A stretch of DNA of 64,000 nucleotides from an uncultured Rhodobacter sp. (GTDB lineage Bacteria; Pseudomonadota; Alphaproteobacteria; Rhodobacterales; Rhodobacteraceae), in NCBI GenBank assembly GCA_964567685.1, contig CAZMNO010000011.1:1276-65275 (forward strand), written 5' to 3'. Below the pieces are notes generated by a model. It ran no database searches, was not told the DNA's origin, and saw only the letters and a program-made list of their open reading frames with translations. This document shows, one piece after another, positions 28,157-39,655 of the stretch. Position 1 is the stretch's first letter; every line of letters begins with the position of its first letter. Position numbers and translations under genes: made by a program.

Positions 28157-28321
28157 TTCATCTTCCTTGGTCGGACATCACGATCAAAGGGAGAATTCTT
28201 GTGCTTGATCGTGGACTATATGGTGTGCGCGACAGAAAGCCAGCCTATGTAGTCCACGGCCAGCCACTATCTAAGAGCGTAATACCTGTGGCGGCGTGCT
28301 TCCGATGCTCTATCGAGGGCT

Positions 28322-29248
28322 TCAAACCCCGAGGCAGTACCGCATGATCGCCTTTTGCGCATGCAACCGGTTTTCCGCCTCATCGAAAATCACCGATTGC
28401 GGCCCATCCATCACCTCCGACGTCACTTCTTCATCACGATGCGCCGGCAGGCAATGCATAAATAAGGCATCCGGATTGGCCCCGGCCATGAGTTCTGTAT
28501 TTATCTGATAGGGTCTAAGCTGATTATGCCTCCGCTCACGGGTCGACTGGCTGTCATGCATGGAGACCCAGGTATCAGTGACCACCAGATCGGCACCCTT
28601 GACCGCCGCCATCGGATCACGCTCAATCACGATGTTGGAGCCGTTCCTGCGCGCCTCGCCCAGAAACTCGGGATCCGGGTCCAGCATTTCGGGCCCGGCA
28701 AACGTGAAATCAAATCCCATCTGCCCGGCCGCCTGCACCATCGAGGCGCAGACATTGTTGCCGTCCCCTGACCACACGACCTTGCGCCCGGCAATCGGCC
28801 CGCGATGCTCCTCATAGGTCATCACATCGGCCATGATCTGGCAGGGATGGGTACGATTGGTCAGCCCGTTGATCACCGGCACATCGGCATATTCCGCCAT
28901 TTCGAGCAGGGTTTCCTCTTCAAAGGTCCGCATCATGATCAGATCGACATAGCGGCTCATCACCCGCGCGGTATCGGCAATGGTTTCACCATGCCCAAGC
29001 TGCATATCAGCACCTGACAGAACCATCGTCTGCCCGCCCATCTGGCGTACGCCAACGTCGAAACTGACGCGGGTCCGGGTTGATGGTTTTTCAAAGATCA
29101 GGGCGACCACGCGACCGGCGAGCGGGGCGTTGTCATCCGCCATGCCGCGCGGGCGTCCGGCCCTTGCCGCTTTCATGCTTTGGGCATTGTCCAGTATGCC
29201 TCGCAGATCTTCCGGCGAGGTTTTGTCGATATCGAGAAAATGCCTCAT
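28322..29248 (-). CDS. argF: Ornithine carbamoyltransferase
   Basis: 308-aa ORF with STRTR, HPCQ and FMHCLPAHR motifs. Confidence 0.95.
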   Translation of the reverse strand: MRHFLDIDKTSPEDLRGILDNAQSMKAARAGRPRGMADDNAPLAGRVVALIFEKPSTRTRVSFDVGVRQMGGQTMVLSGADMQLGHGETIADTARVMSRYVDLIMMRTFEEETLLEMAEYADVPVINGLTNRTHPCQIMADVMTYEEHRGPIAGRKVVWSGDGNNVCASMVQAAGQMGFDFTFAGPEMLDPDPEFLGEARRNGSNIVIERDPMAAVKGADLVVTDTWVSMHDSQSTRERRHNQLRPYQINTELMAGANPDALFMHCLPAHRDEEVTSEVMDGPQSVIFDEAENRLHAQKAIMRYCLGV

Positions 29249-30423
29249 AGCCCGGCCTCGACTGCCGTCGCCGCCTGATCAAGCCGCGCCACGGCCTCGC
29301 TGATCTCTTCCTGACTGATGGTCAGGGGCGGCAGAACGCGAATGACGTTCTGCCCGCCGGGAACGGTCAGAATTTGTGCGGCATAGCCTGCCTTCACAAC
29401 ATCTATATTGGGAACCTTGCAGACAACGCCCAGCATCAGCCCGACCCCTCTGACTTCGCTGAACACATCCGGGTGGGCCGCGACCAGACCCTCCAGTCGC
29501 TGCCGCAACTCCCCGGCCCTGCGGTTTACGTCAGCCAGGAAACCTTCTTCGGCCACAATATCAACAACGGCCGAACCGACTGCGCACGCCAGCGGATTGC
29601 CGCCATAGGTCGAGCCATGCGTCCCTGCAACCATCCCCTGCGCCGCGTGATTACTGGCCAGACAGGCCCCCAGCGGAAACCCCCCGCCAATGCCCTTGGC
29701 CACAGCCATGATGTCAGGAGCAATACCGGAAAACTCGTGCGCAAACAAACGCCCTGTCCGGCCCATACCGCATTGGATTTCATCCATGATCAGAAGAATT
29801 CCATGAGCGTCACACAACGCCCGAAGCCCCTGCAGAAAGCTGTCTTCCGCCGGAACAATTCCGCCTTCACCCTGCACAGGCTCAACCAGAATGGCCGCCG
29901 TTGTTTCATCAATCGCCGCCTCGGTCGCAGCAAGATCACCAAAAGGCACATGGGTGAACCCCGGCAATTGCGGCCCGAACCCGGCCAGCAGTTTTTCCCC
30001 GCCAGCCGCGGCGATCATGCCAAGTGTGCGACCGTGAAAAGCGTCGTGAAAGGCGATGATCTGGCTTTTCTCGGGCTGGCCCGTGTGACTGAAGAATTTG
30101 CGCGCCATCTTGACCGCACATTCCATCGCCTCGGTGCCGGAATTGGTAAAGAACACCTTGTCAGCAAAAGTGACATCCGCCAGTTGCGCCGCCAGCTTTT
30201 CCTGATTGGGAATATTATAGAGATTTGACGTATGCCAGATCTGATCGGCCTGCTCTTTCAGCACCTCCACCAGTTTCGGATGCGCATGGCCCAGCGCATT
30301 GACGGCAATCCCTGCCCCCATATCAAGGTATCGTGACCCGTCAGCCTCGATCAGCCAGCTGCCTTCGCCTTTGACAAAAGACAGCGGTGCACGTGCGTAG
30401 GTTGGCAAAACGGCGGAATTCAT
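29245..30423 (-). CDS. argD: Acetylornithine aminotransferase (class-III PLP aminotransferase)
   Basis: 392-aa ORF with class-III aminotransferase motifs ([25 protein letters not shown]). 4-bp overlap with argF downstream. Confidence 0.9.
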   Translation of the reverse strand: MNSAVLPTYARAPLSFVKGEGSWLIEADGSRYLDMGAGIAVNALGHAHPKLVEVLKEQADQIWHTSNLYNIPNQEKLAAQLADVTFADKVFFTNSGTEAMECAVKMARKFFSHTGQPEKSQIIAFHDAFHGRTLGMIAAAGGEKLLAGFGPQLPGFTHVPFGDLAATEAAIDETTAAILVEPVQGEGGIVPAEDSFLQGLRALCDAHGILLIMDEIQCGMGRTGRLFAHEFSGIAPDIMAVAKGIGGGFPLGACLASNHAAQGMVAGTHGSTYGGNPLACAVGSAVVDIVAEEGFLADVNRRAGELRQRLEGLVAAHPDVFSEVRGVGLMLGVVCKVPNIDVVKAGYAAQILTVPGGQNVIRVLPPLTISQEEISEAVARLDQAATAVEAGL

Positions 30424-30667
30424 CGGTGAACCCTTTTCATGGTAAGGCCCCGGTTTGACCTAAAGTCAGGGGCAAGTCAATTCTGCTTGGAGTGGATGAG
30501 CAATGGCGAAAACCGCGCGCCCTTTGGGGCAGCGGTGAGGGGCAGTTTCAGCGTCGGCGTCGCGACGTTTCTGTCAGGTTTACCAGTTTCATCAGGTCTT
30601 GCTTTCGCTCTAAAGACAGCGCGTCTCTAAGCCCGGATTGGGTAATTGTCCAGCCCCCTGAGCAGGC

Positions 30668-31480
30668 TCAGCTTTTCAACCGGTATCCTGTTGCAAACCA
30701 GCGCCAACTGATCAGGGCCAGGAGCAGCGTCAGACCCAGGCAGATCACAGCTCCGGTCACCGGTGAGGTATCGGAAACTCCGATCACGCCAAAACGCGTC
30801 CCGTCGATCAAATAGAAGATTGGATTATACTGGGTCACCATTTGCAGGGCAGGCGGCAGAATATCGATGGAATAGAAGGTTCCCGACAGAAAACTCAGCG
30901 GTGTGACGATGAAATTCGTGATCGCGTTCATCTGGTCAAACCGGTCAGAAAATATACCCGCCAGCACCCCTATCAGCGCCAGCATGGCGCTGCCGAGCGT
31001 TATAAAGACCAAAGCCCAAACCGGATGCGCGATCCCGACGCCAAGGATCGGAAAACACACCACCACGACCGCTAATGCCACGGCAAACCCACGGATCACA
31101 CCCCCGGTGGTGTAGCCAACCACCAGTTCAAGCGCTGAAAGCGGCGGCATCAGGGTATCAACGATATTGCCCTGTATCTTGGAAATCACCAGTGACGAGG
31201 CCGTATTGGCAAAGGCGTTCTGGATGATCGTCATCATCAGAATGCCAGGGGTCAGAAAATGGGAAAACGGCACACCCATCACCTCGCCGCGCTGGCTGCC
31301 GATGGCCAGATCGAAGACCAGAAGAAACAGGCCAGCGGTGATCAGCGGGGCCAGAACCGTCTGCGTCCAGACCGAACTGAAGCGCACGACCTCGCGCTCG
31401 ATCACCGTGTAAAGGCCCAGCCAGTTGACCCGCCCGAACCGTCGCACGCCCATATGGCTGCCTTTAGATGTCACACCCAT
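30668..31480 (-). CDS. ABC-2 type transporter permease (YadH/NodJ-like), no adjacent ATPase
   Basis: 270-aa ORF with six TM helices. The NW..LYT...RE..RF N-terminus and NPIFYLIDG motif are typical of ABC-2 permeases. GAGGG RBS before the ATG at 31480. Confidence 0.8.
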   Translation of the reverse strand: MGVTSKGSHMGVRRFGRVNWLGLYTVIEREVVRFSSVWTQTVLAPLITAGLFLLVFDLAIGSQRGEVMGVPFSHFLTPGILMMTIIQNAFANTASSLVISKIQGNIVDTLMPPLSALELVVGYTTGGVIRGFAVALAVVVVCFPILGVGIAHPVWALVFITLGSAMLALIGVLAGIFSDRFDQMNAITNFIVTPLSFLSGTFYSIDILPPALQMVTQYNPIFYLIDGTRFGVIGVSDTSPVTGAVICLGLTLLLALISWRWFATGYRLKS

Positions 31481-31610
31481 TTCGCCCTCGCAGAAACTTC
31501 ACTGTCTGATCTTGTAACCGCCTTAACAAAGGTTACAATGCCGGATCAGAAAATTGGGCGTAGCCAGCCGGTCGAAATCCGGGCAATGGCCGCGAATGAC
31601 GGAGCAAGAC

Positions 31611-32177
31611 ATGTCCTGGACGGATGAACGGGTAGACGTATTGAAAACGATGTGGGGCGAAGGCAAAAGCGCCAGCCAGATCGCCAAGGAACTGGGCGGG
31701 GTCACTCGCAATGCGGTGATCGGCAAGGTGCACAGGCTGGGCCTTTCTAACCGCGCAAGCCCGGCGAAAGCGCCAGCCAAAGACAAGGCCAGCACAGCAG
31801 ACACCGGCGCAGCAAAACCAGCGGCCGCCAAGGCCAAACCGGTGCAACCCGCCGAACCGGCACCGGTGCGTGTGGCGCCAATTCCGCCGCGCAAACCGAT
31901 CATCAAGGCGGGCCAGCCCCTGCCACCGCAACCCTCGGCCAATGAGGTCAGTGCGGAAGCTTTGGCCAATGTCAAAGAGATTGAAAAATCAGCCCGCAGG
32001 CTGAACCTGATGGAACTGACCGAGCGCACCTGCAAATGGCCGGTCGGTGATCCGGCGACCGATGATTTCTGGTTCTGCGGCCATCCTGTTCAGCAGGGAA
32101 AGCCCTATTGCGAGGCCCATGTGGCGGTGGCCTTCCAACCCATGTCATCGCGCCGCGACCGGCGTGCTTCGCGCTAA
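31611..32177 (+). CDS. gcrA: Cell-cycle transcriptional regulator GcrA
   Basis: Start set at MSWTDERVDVLKTMWGEGKSASQIAKELGGVTRNAVIGKVHRLGL, the canonical GcrA N-terminus. The Pro/Ala-rich linker and the C-terminal CKWPVGDP...FCG...PYC motif also fit. Confidence 0.9.
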   Translation: MSWTDERVDVLKTMWGEGKSASQIAKELGGVTRNAVIGKVHRLGLSNRASPAKAPAKDKASTADTGAAKPAAAKAKPVQPAEPAPVRVAPIPPRKPIIKAGQPLPPQPSANEVSAEALANVKEIEKSARRLNLMELTERTCKWPVGDPATDDFWFCGHPVQQGKPYCEAHVAVAFQPMSSRRDRRASR

Positions 32178-32266
32178 AGGATAAGATAACGATAAGGCCC
32201 TCAAGGGTCAGGCAGAACAACAGGCAAGAACAGGCGAAAAGGCGCCTCAACCAGCAAGAAACGAGC

Positions 32267-32725
32267 ATGCTTCCGGTCAAGAAAGTCGTCCGTAAAGCCG
32301 GCAGAGGTACGCAATATGCGGCCCTTTGTTTTCGGCGCCGTAAAGGCAAAGGGTTTGAGATCCTGCTGGTGACCAGCCGTGGAACCGGGCGCTGGATTCC
32401 GCCAAAGGGCTGGCCGATCAAAGGCATATCTCCGGAAAAAGCAGCAGCACAGGAGGCCTTTGAAGAGGCCGGGGTAACAGGCCAGGTCTTCAGTCGTGCG
32501 CTGGGGCGCTACAAATACACGCCGACCCAGGCTCAGGTACGCAAGCGCCGTGAAGAGGCTTATGTCTTCCCGCTTGAGGTTGAAGCCCGGGCAAAGAAGT
32601 TCAAGGAAAAGGGCCAGCGCAAGGTGAAGTGGTTCAGCCCGAAAAAAGCCGCAATGCTGGTGCGCGAGCCCAAGTTAAAAAAGATGATCCGAAATTTCGA
32701 TCCACAACAGCTGAAAACCGGCTGA
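32267..32725 (+). CDS. NUDIX hydrolase
   Basis: Start set at the internal ATG 32267 (MLPVKK...). The Nudix box region is GWPIKGISPEKAAAQEAFEEAGV. The upstream part of the track ORF overlaps gcrA and is unlikely to be coding. Confidence 0.8.
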   Translation: MLPVKKVVRKAGRGTQYAALCFRRRKGKGFEILLVTSRGTGRWIPPKGWPIKGISPEKAAAQEAFEEAGVTGQVFSRALGRYKYTPTQAQVRKRREEAYVFPLEVEARAKKFKEKGQRKVKWFSPKKAAMLVREPKLKKMIRNFDPQQLKTG

Positions 32726-32821
32726 CGGGCCGTTTTTGCAGCAGTTTCCCCCGCAAACCCGGCTTGCATAGCCTGGAATTAACGTTATCTAAACCATCAG
32801 TTCGGGTGTATAGGTAATGAG

Positions 32822-33265
32822 ATGATCCGCTACACGCTAAAATGTGACAAAGACCACAGCTTTGACAGCTGGTTTCAGTCAGCCTCGGCATTTGACAAGC
32901 TCAAATCCGCGGGTCTGGTCAGCTGTTCGGTTTGCGGCGGCAGCAATGTTGAAAAAGCCGTGATGGCCCCACGGGTGCGCCCGGCACGATCAGCTGCGGG
33001 TGCTGCAAAAACCCCGCCCTCACCCGGCCCTCTGAGCGCCCCGGCTTCTCCGGCCGAGCAGGCATTGCGGGAAATGCGCAAGAAAATCGAAGCAACCTCG
33101 GAAAATGTCGGCCAGGATTTTGCCCGCGAGGCCCGTGCCATTCACGAGGGCGACGCGCCTGAGCGCCCGATCATCGGTGAGGCCAAACCGGACGAGGCCA
33201 AAAGCCTGATCGAAGACGGGATACCTGTATCCCCTTTGCCCTGGGCGTCGCGCAAGTCAAACTGA
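32822..33265 (+). CDS. DUF1178-family protein (Zn-ribbon-like N-terminus)
   Basis: 147-aa ORF. MIRYTLKCDKDHSFDSWFQSASAFDKL...CSVCG is the pattern I recognise for DUF1178 of alphaproteobacteria. Confidence 0.72.
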   Translation: MIRYTLKCDKDHSFDSWFQSASAFDKLKSAGLVSCSVCGGSNVEKAVMAPRVRPARSAAGAAKTPPSPGPLSAPASPAEQALREMRKKIEATSENVGQDFAREARAIHEGDAPERPIIGEAKPDEAKSLIEDGIPVSPLPWASRKSN

Positions 33266-33287
33266 ACCACAGATTCCGGAGCGAAAC

Positions 33288-33947
33288 ATGACTGTATTGG
33301 TGACCGGCGCCAACCGTGGGATCGGGCGTGAAATGGTCCGGCAAATGAATGCGTCAGGTCAAGGCGTGATCGCAACAACACGCAGCGACATTCCCGAAGA
33401 CACCGCAGACAATATCGACTGGCACAAACTGGACGTCACCTCGCAAGCCTCTTTCGATGCGCTGAACACAGCACTTGGGGGCAAAAAGATATCACTTCTG
33501 GTGTGCAATGCCGGTGTTCTTCTGGACCGGTCCACGAACCTGAAAGACGGATACGATCCTGATACCTGGGCTGGTACGTTTGCGGCCAATGCCATGGGTC
33601 CGTTCCTGACCATCCAGAACCTCCTTGACCGGCTGGAAAACGCAAAAATCGCCATTATCGCATCAAAAATGGGCTCAAACGCCCATGCCAAGGGCGGGGA
33701 ATATGCCTATCGGGCTTCCAAGGCCGCTGTCATCAATCTGGCCACGAACCTGTCGGTTGATCTTGCACCAAAAGGCATTTCCGTGGGTGTATACCACCCG
33801 GGCTGGGTGCGCACGGATATGGGCAGCACCTCAGCAGACATATCGCCAGAGGACTCGGCCGCAGGGCTGATCGCAAGATTTGCCGAGCTTTCGCTGACCA
33901 CAACCGGTTGTTTTCTCAATTACGACGGGGAAAGCCTGCCATACTGA
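33288..33947 (+). CDS. SDR-family oxidoreductase (CsgA/C-factor-like short form)
   Basis: 219-aa ORF with TGANRGIG, NAGV and YRASKAA motifs. Confidence 0.85.
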   Translation: MTVLVTGANRGIGREMVRQMNASGQGVIATTRSDIPEDTADNIDWHKLDVTSQASFDALNTALGGKKISLLVCNAGVLLDRSTNLKDGYDPDTWAGTFAANAMGPFLTIQNLLDRLENAKIAIIASKMGSNAHAKGGEYAYRASKAAVINLATNLSVDLAPKGISVGVYHPGWVRTDMGSTSADISPEDSAAGLIARFAELSLTTTGCFLNYDGESLPY

Positions 33948-34039
33948 TGCACCCGGCCGACCTGCCCTTGCCCTTGTCTGCGCATCCGCCTATGAAGCCC
34001 CCCGGGTAACCACAACGCAAATCTAACAGGGTTCAATCA

Positions 34040-35278
34040 ATGCCCCGTCTCGTGATGAAATTCGGCGGAACTTCCGTTGCCGATCTGGAGCGTATTGGAA
34101 ATGTCGCTGCCAAAGTCAAACGTGAGGTCGAGAACGGGTTTGATGTGATCGTCATCGTTTCCGCGATGTCAGGCAAAACGAACGAGCTTGTCGGATGGGT
34201 AAATTCAACTTCGCCGCTTTATGACGCCCGTGAATACGATGCCGTGGTTTCATCCGGTGAAAATGTTACCGCTGGCCTCATGGCCCTCACCTTGCAGGAA
34301 ATGGATATTCCGGCCCGCAGCTGGCAGGGCTGGCAGGTACCGGTCAAAACCACGTCCGCACACGGGGCGGCGCGGATCAATGAAATCCCGTCGGCTAACC
34401 TCGATATGAAATTCGCCGAAGGAATGCGGGTTGCGGTCGTTGCTGGGTTTCAGGGGATCGGCGATGATGGTCGGATCACCACACTCGGACGCGGAGGGTC
34501 TGATACCACCGCTGTCGCCTTCGCTGCGGCCATGAACGCCGAGCGCTGCGATATCTATACCGATGTCGACGGCGTTTACACCACCGACCCGCGCATCGAA
34601 ACCAAAGCACGCAAGCTGGAAAAAATATCTTACGAGGAAATGCTGGAACTGGCGTCGCTCGGGGCCAAGGTTCTGCAAACCCGTTCTGTCGAGCTGGCCA
34701 TGCGCTACAAGGTGCGGCTGCGCGTGTTATCAAGTTTTGAAGATCAGACCGATAATTCTGGAACACTTGTCTGCGACGAGGAGGAAATTGTGGAAAACAA
34801 TGTTGTGTCAGGGGTCGCCTATTCCCGCGACGAAGCCAAAATGACCCTTGTGTCGGTGGCCGACCGTCCGGGCATCGCCGCCGCGATTTTCGGCCCGCTG
34901 GCCGATGCCGGGGTCAATGTCGACATGATCGTGCAGAATATCTCGGAAGAAGGGCGCACTGACATGACCTTCTCCTGCCCAACCGAACAGGTGGCCCGCG
35001 CCCAGGATGCGATGGAAAAGGCCAAGGCATCGGGCGAGGTGAATTTCCATGGTCTGATCGCTGATACCGATGTCTGCAAAATTTCGGTAGTTGGCATCGG
35101 CATGCGGTCGCACACCGGTGTTGCCTCAAAAATGTTCCGCGTCTTGGCGGCTGAAGGCGTGAATATCAAAGTTATCACCACGTCTGAAATTAAAGTTTCT
35201 GTCCTTGTGGACCGGAAATATATGGAATTGGCCGTCCAAGCCCTGCATGATGCCTTTGAACTGGACAAGGCAGCATAG
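34040..35278 (+). CDS. lysC: Aspartate kinase
   Basis: 412-aa ORF with VMKFGGTSV, the kinase domain and two C-terminal ACT domains. Confidence 0.95.
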   Translation: MPRLVMKFGGTSVADLERIGNVAAKVKREVENGFDVIVIVSAMSGKTNELVGWVNSTSPLYDAREYDAVVSSGENVTAGLMALTLQEMDIPARSWQGWQVPVKTTSAHGAARINEIPSANLDMKFAEGMRVAVVAGFQGIGDDGRITTLGRGGSDTTAVAFAAAMNAERCDIYTDVDGVYTTDPRIETKARKLEKISYEEMLELASLGAKVLQTRSVELAMRYKVRLRVLSSFEDQTDNSGTLVCDEEEIVENNVVSGVAYSRDEAKMTLVSVADRPGIAAAIFGPLADAGVNVDMIVQNISEEGRTDMTFSCPTEQVARAQDAMEKAKASGEVNFHGLIADTDVCKISVVGIGMRSHTGVASKMFRVLAAEGVNIKVITTSEIKVSVLVDRKYMELAVQALHDAFELDKAA

Positions 35279-35289
35279 ACAAGGGGCCA

Positions 35290-37533
35290 ATGGCCGAGAT
35301 AACTGGATCACACTCCCGGAATCTGCTGAAGCGTCTTCAGGGCACACTCGCCGTTGAAAGCGAAGGTCAGGAGCGGCTGGACAAGATCACCCATCTTATC
35401 GCCGACTCGATGGAGGCCGAGGTCTGTTCGATCTACCTTTTGCGGGATGCTGAAACTCTGGAACTTTGCGCCACCGAAGGGTTGAAGGCGGAATCCGTTC
35501 ACCAGACAAGGCTGCGCATTGGCGAAGGTCTGGTCGGTCGAGTGGCGCGCGAGGCTGGCCCGATCAACACCCCTAACGCCACCAAAGAACCCGGATTTCG
35601 CTACATGCCGGAAACCGGCGAAGAGATCTACTCGTCCTTCCTGGGTGTGCCGATCCAGCGACTGGGGGAAATGCTAGGGGTACTTGTGGTGCAGAACCGC
35701 GAGGCGCGTGTCTATAATGACGATGAAGCCTATGGTCTGGAAGTTGTGGCAATGGTCATTGCCGAAATGGCTGAGCTTGGGGTTTTTGTCGGCGAAGGAG
35801 CTGCCCTTTCCGCCCCGCACCAGCATCCGGTCATGTTCCGGGGTGGCGTTGCGCAAGAGGGCAATGCCGAAGGGCATGTCCTGCTGCACGAAGCGCAGAT
35901 CGTCATCGCCAATCCGGTGGCAGACGATCCCAAGGCCGAACACAAGCGCCTCATGGATGCGATGGATAAGCTCCGGGGTGATGTTGATGATATGCTGAAC
36001 TCCCAACTGGGAGCCGCCAATGAAGAGCACCGCCAGGTGCTTGAAGCTTACCGCATGTTCGCCAATTCCAAAGGCTGGATAAAGCGGATGGAGGAAGATA
36101 TCCGCGCCGGCCTGGCCGCCGAAGTGGCAGTTGAAAAAGAACAATCCGCCACCCGCGCCCGCATGGCGCGCGTGCCTGACCCTTACCTGCGCGAGCGTTT
36201 GCATGATCTTGATGATCTCTCCAACCGTCTGCTTCGTCTGCTGACCGGTCAGGGCCGGGGTTCGGGATCAGACATTCCCGACGACGCCATCCTTGTCGCC
36301 CGCAATATCGGCCCCGGCGAATTGCTGGAATACGGAAACAAGCTGAAAGGGATCGTGCTTGAGGAAGGCTCTGTCGGCTCCCACGCCACCATCGTGGCTC
36401 GGGCTCTGGCCATTCCTCTGGTCATTCACGCGGAAAAAATCACCCGCGAGGCACTTAACGGCGATCTGATACTGGTTGATGGCGATCAGGGAATTGCTCA
36501 TCTCAGACCCGAGGAAAGCGTCGCCACGGCCTTTCGCGACAAAATCGCCATGCAGGAAGTGGCGCAGGAAAAATACCGCTCGATCCGCGACAAACCCGCC
36601 ACCACGCAGGATGGTGAAACCATTTCGCTGGCAATGAATGCCGGCCTGATGGCAGATCTGCCAAGCCTTGACAGCTCAGGTGCGGAAGGGGTTGGGCTGT
36701 TTCGAACGGAATTGCAGTTTCTGGTGCGCAACACCGTGCCAAAACGTGCCGAGTTGGCTGATCTTTATGGCCACATCATGGATGCCGCCCACGGCAAACG
36801 CATCGTCTTTCGCACGCTTGATATCGGCTCGGACAAGGTGCTGCCCTACATGAAACGCGAGGATGAACCCAACCCGGCGATGGGCTGGCGGGCAATCCGG
36901 CTGGCGCTGGAAAAAAGCGGGGTCATGCGGATGCAGTTGCAGGCGCTGATCCGGGCGGCAAACGGGCGACCCTTGAACATCATGTTCCCATTTGTGGCGC
37001 AGTTTGAAGAGTTCAAACAGGCGCGGCAAGCCGTTCTGAACGAGCTTGAGCGCGAGCGCGCCCTTGGCCATACCGTGCCCGAAGATTTCGAAATCGGGGC
37101 GATGCTGGAAACCCCCTCGCTGGCCTTTGCGCCCGATCAATTCTTTGAAATGGCCGATTTTATCTCCATCGGCGGCAATGATCTGAAACAGTTTTTCTTT
37201 GCTGCTGACCGGGAAAATGAAAAGGTCCGCCGCCGCTATGATACGCTCAATGTCAGCTTCCTGACCTTCATCGAACAAATCGCGCGAAGGTGCAGCGACC
37301 TTGGTACGCCAGTCAGTTTTTGCGGCGAAGACGCCGGACGCCCGGTTGAAGCCTTGTGTTTTGCGGCAATGGGTCTGAGATCACTTTCAATGCGCCCGGC
37401 CTCGATCGGCCCGGTCAAAAACCTGCTACGGCAGGTCGATCTGTCCGAGGTACGGGCAACCGTCGATATGGCCCGGGCATCGGGCGCACAATCCGTGCGC
37501 CCGGCGGTGGAACAGTGGCTGATGACGCTATAA
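35290..37533 (+). CDS. ptsP: Phosphoenolpyruvate-protein phosphotransferase EI-Ntr (GAF domain plus PTS enzyme I)
   Basis: 747-aa ORF with an N-terminal GAF domain, the SVGSHATIVARA phospho-histidine motif and a C-terminal PEP-utilizer domain (GGNDLKQF). Confidence 0.93.
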   Translation: MAEITGSHSRNLLKRLQGTLAVESEGQERLDKITHLIADSMEAEVCSIYLLRDAETLELCATEGLKAESVHQTRLRIGEGLVGRVAREAGPINTPNATKEPGFRYMPETGEEIYSSFLGVPIQRLGEMLGVLVVQNREARVYNDDEAYGLEVVAMVIAEMAELGVFVGEGAALSAPHQHPVMFRGGVAQEGNAEGHVLLHEAQIVIANPVADDPKAEHKRLMDAMDKLRGDVDDMLNSQLGAANEEHRQVLEAYRMFANSKGWIKRMEEDIRAGLAAEVAVEKEQSATRARMARVPDPYLRERLHDLDDLSNRLLRLLTGQGRGSGSDIPDDAILVARNIGPGELLEYGNKLKGIVLEEGSVGSHATIVARALAIPLVIHAEKITREALNGDLILVDGDQGIAHLRPEESVATAFRDKIAMQEVAQEKYRSIRDKPATTQDGETISLAMNAGLMADLPSLDSSGAEGVGLFRTELQFLVRNTVPKRAELADLYGHIMDAAHGKRIVFRTLDIGSDKVLPYMKREDEPNPAMGWRAIRLALEKSGVMRMQLQALIRAANGRPLNIMFPFVAQFEEFKQARQAVLNELERERALGHTVPEDFEIGAMLETPSLAFAPDQFFEMADFISIGGNDLKQFFFAADRENEKVRRRYDTLNVSFLTFIEQIARRCSDLGTPVSFCGEDAGRPVEALCFAAMGLRSLSMRPASIGPVKNLLRQVDLSEVRATVDMARASGAQSVRPAVEQWLMTL

Positions 37534-37586
37534 CTTTTTTGGCTCCGCCGGGGATATTTTTTGAAAAGAAGAAGCGCGGCACCTCG

Positions 37587-38078
37587 TCAGGTGGCTTTTT
37601 GAATCAGGCCTGAAACCGCATCAAAGGCGCCGGGAACCAGTTCGATCTGCAGCAGGCGGTCCGGATTGGTTGGCGGTGGAAACTCAAGCGCCCAGGACCG
37701 ACTGAACCCAAACCGGCGATAATAGGGCTCGTCACCGATCAGGATCACCCGTTTCCAGCCCGCCTTGCGGGCGCGTTCAAGACTGTCCCAGATCAGCGAT
37801 CCGCCAAGCCCCTCGCCCTGATGTGTCGGGTGAACGGCAACAGGGCCAAGCAACAGGGCTTTGACACCGCTGTCGCCGATCTGCACCGGCCAATAGCGAA
37901 TGGCCCCAGCGATACCATCGGTGACATCGCGCGCCACAAGTGATAGCTCGAAAATCCGCTCAACACCTTCCCGCAATCGATAAGAGGAAAGCGCTTCGCG
38001 CCCGGGCGCAAAGGCAAGGTCGAACAGATATTCAACCTCGTATTCATCTTCCTTTGTTTCGGGGGACAGGCGGAACAT
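37587..38078 (-). CDS. GNAT-family N-acetyltransferase
   Basis: 163-aa ORF. The acetyl-CoA binding motif region is VHPTHQGEGLGGSLI...ARKAG. Confidence 0.85.
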   Translation of the reverse strand: MFRLSPETKEDEYEVEYLFDLAFAPGREALSSYRLREGVERIFELSLVARDVTDGIAGAIRYWPVQIGDSGVKALLLGPVAVHPTHQGEGLGGSLIWDSLERARKAGWKRVILIGDEPYYRRFGFSRSWALEFPPPTNPDRLLQIELVPGAFDAVSGLIQKAT

Positions 38079-38176
38079 CTGGCAGGCGGACCCGATCTAG
38101 GCGAACTGGATTTCGCGAAACCGCTGAAACCTCTGGAATTTTCCCTAGCACGGCGCTACCCCTTGGGCAAACCAGA

Positions 38177-38773
38177 ATGGATCGCCCGATGTTCTATCGC
38201 CCCGAAGAAGGCCACGGCCTGCCGCACAACCCCTTTAACGCGATCATCACACCGCGCCCAATCGGCTGGATTTCGTCCCGCTCTGCCGACGGGGGCGACA
38301 ATCTGGCCCCTTATTCGTTTTTCAACGGCATCGCCTATATTCCGCCGCAGGTTATGTTCTCGTCAACCGGCAGTAAGGACAGCCTCAGCAATATCCGGCA
38401 AACCGGGGTTTTCTGCGTCAATGTAGTTTCAGAGGCTTTGACCGACGCAATGAATATCACATCGGAAAACTTTGACCATTCCGTTGATGAATTTGATATC
38501 GCGGGCCTTGAAAAACTGGCCTGTAAAACCATCGACTGTGCCCGCGTCGCAGGTGCACCTGCTGCGCTTGAATGCAAGATGACCGAAATCCATCAGATTG
38601 AAGGTGCCGATAACTTCGTCGTATTCGGCGAGGTGACGGGCATTCATCTTGCCGATGATTGTCTGGTTGACGGGCGCTTTGATGTCACCCGTTTCAACCC
38701 GCTGGCGCGCCTCGGCTATCGCGACTATTCCGTGGTGAATACGCTTTTTGAATTGAAACGTCCCGATGATTGA
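38177..38773 (+). CDS. Flavin reductase-family protein (FMN-binding split barrel)
   Basis: Start set at ATG 38177 (alternative 38189, MFYRPEEGHGLPHNPF...). RPIGWISS...NLAPYSFFN is typical of the flavin reductase/DIM6-NTAB family. The upstream part of the track ORF overlaps the GNAT gene on the opposite strand. Confidence 0.82.
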   Translation: MDRPMFYRPEEGHGLPHNPFNAIITPRPIGWISSRSADGGDNLAPYSFFNGIAYIPPQVMFSSTGSKDSLSNIRQTGVFCVNVVSEALTDAMNITSENFDHSVDEFDIAGLEKLACKTIDCARVAGAPAALECKMTEIHQIEGADNFVVFGEVTGIHLADDCLVDGRFDVTRFNPLARLGYRDYSVVNTLFELKRPDD

Positions 38774-38782
38774 GGAGACAAC

Positions 38783-39651
<869 letters not shown>

Positions 39652-39655
<4 letters not shown>

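Noticed and set aside
31519-31535. Canonical CtrA box (TTAA-N7-TTAAC) in the gcrA promoter
   Set aside because: TTAAC is present, but the second half-site at N7 spacing reads TACA (TTAC at N6), so it does not fit the consensus. It is reported only as an inverted repeat of unknown specificity.
33948-34039. Lysine riboswitch (L-box) upstream of lysC
   Set aside because: Only 92 nt are available, which is too short for an L-box (~180 nt), and no conserved L-box helices are evident.
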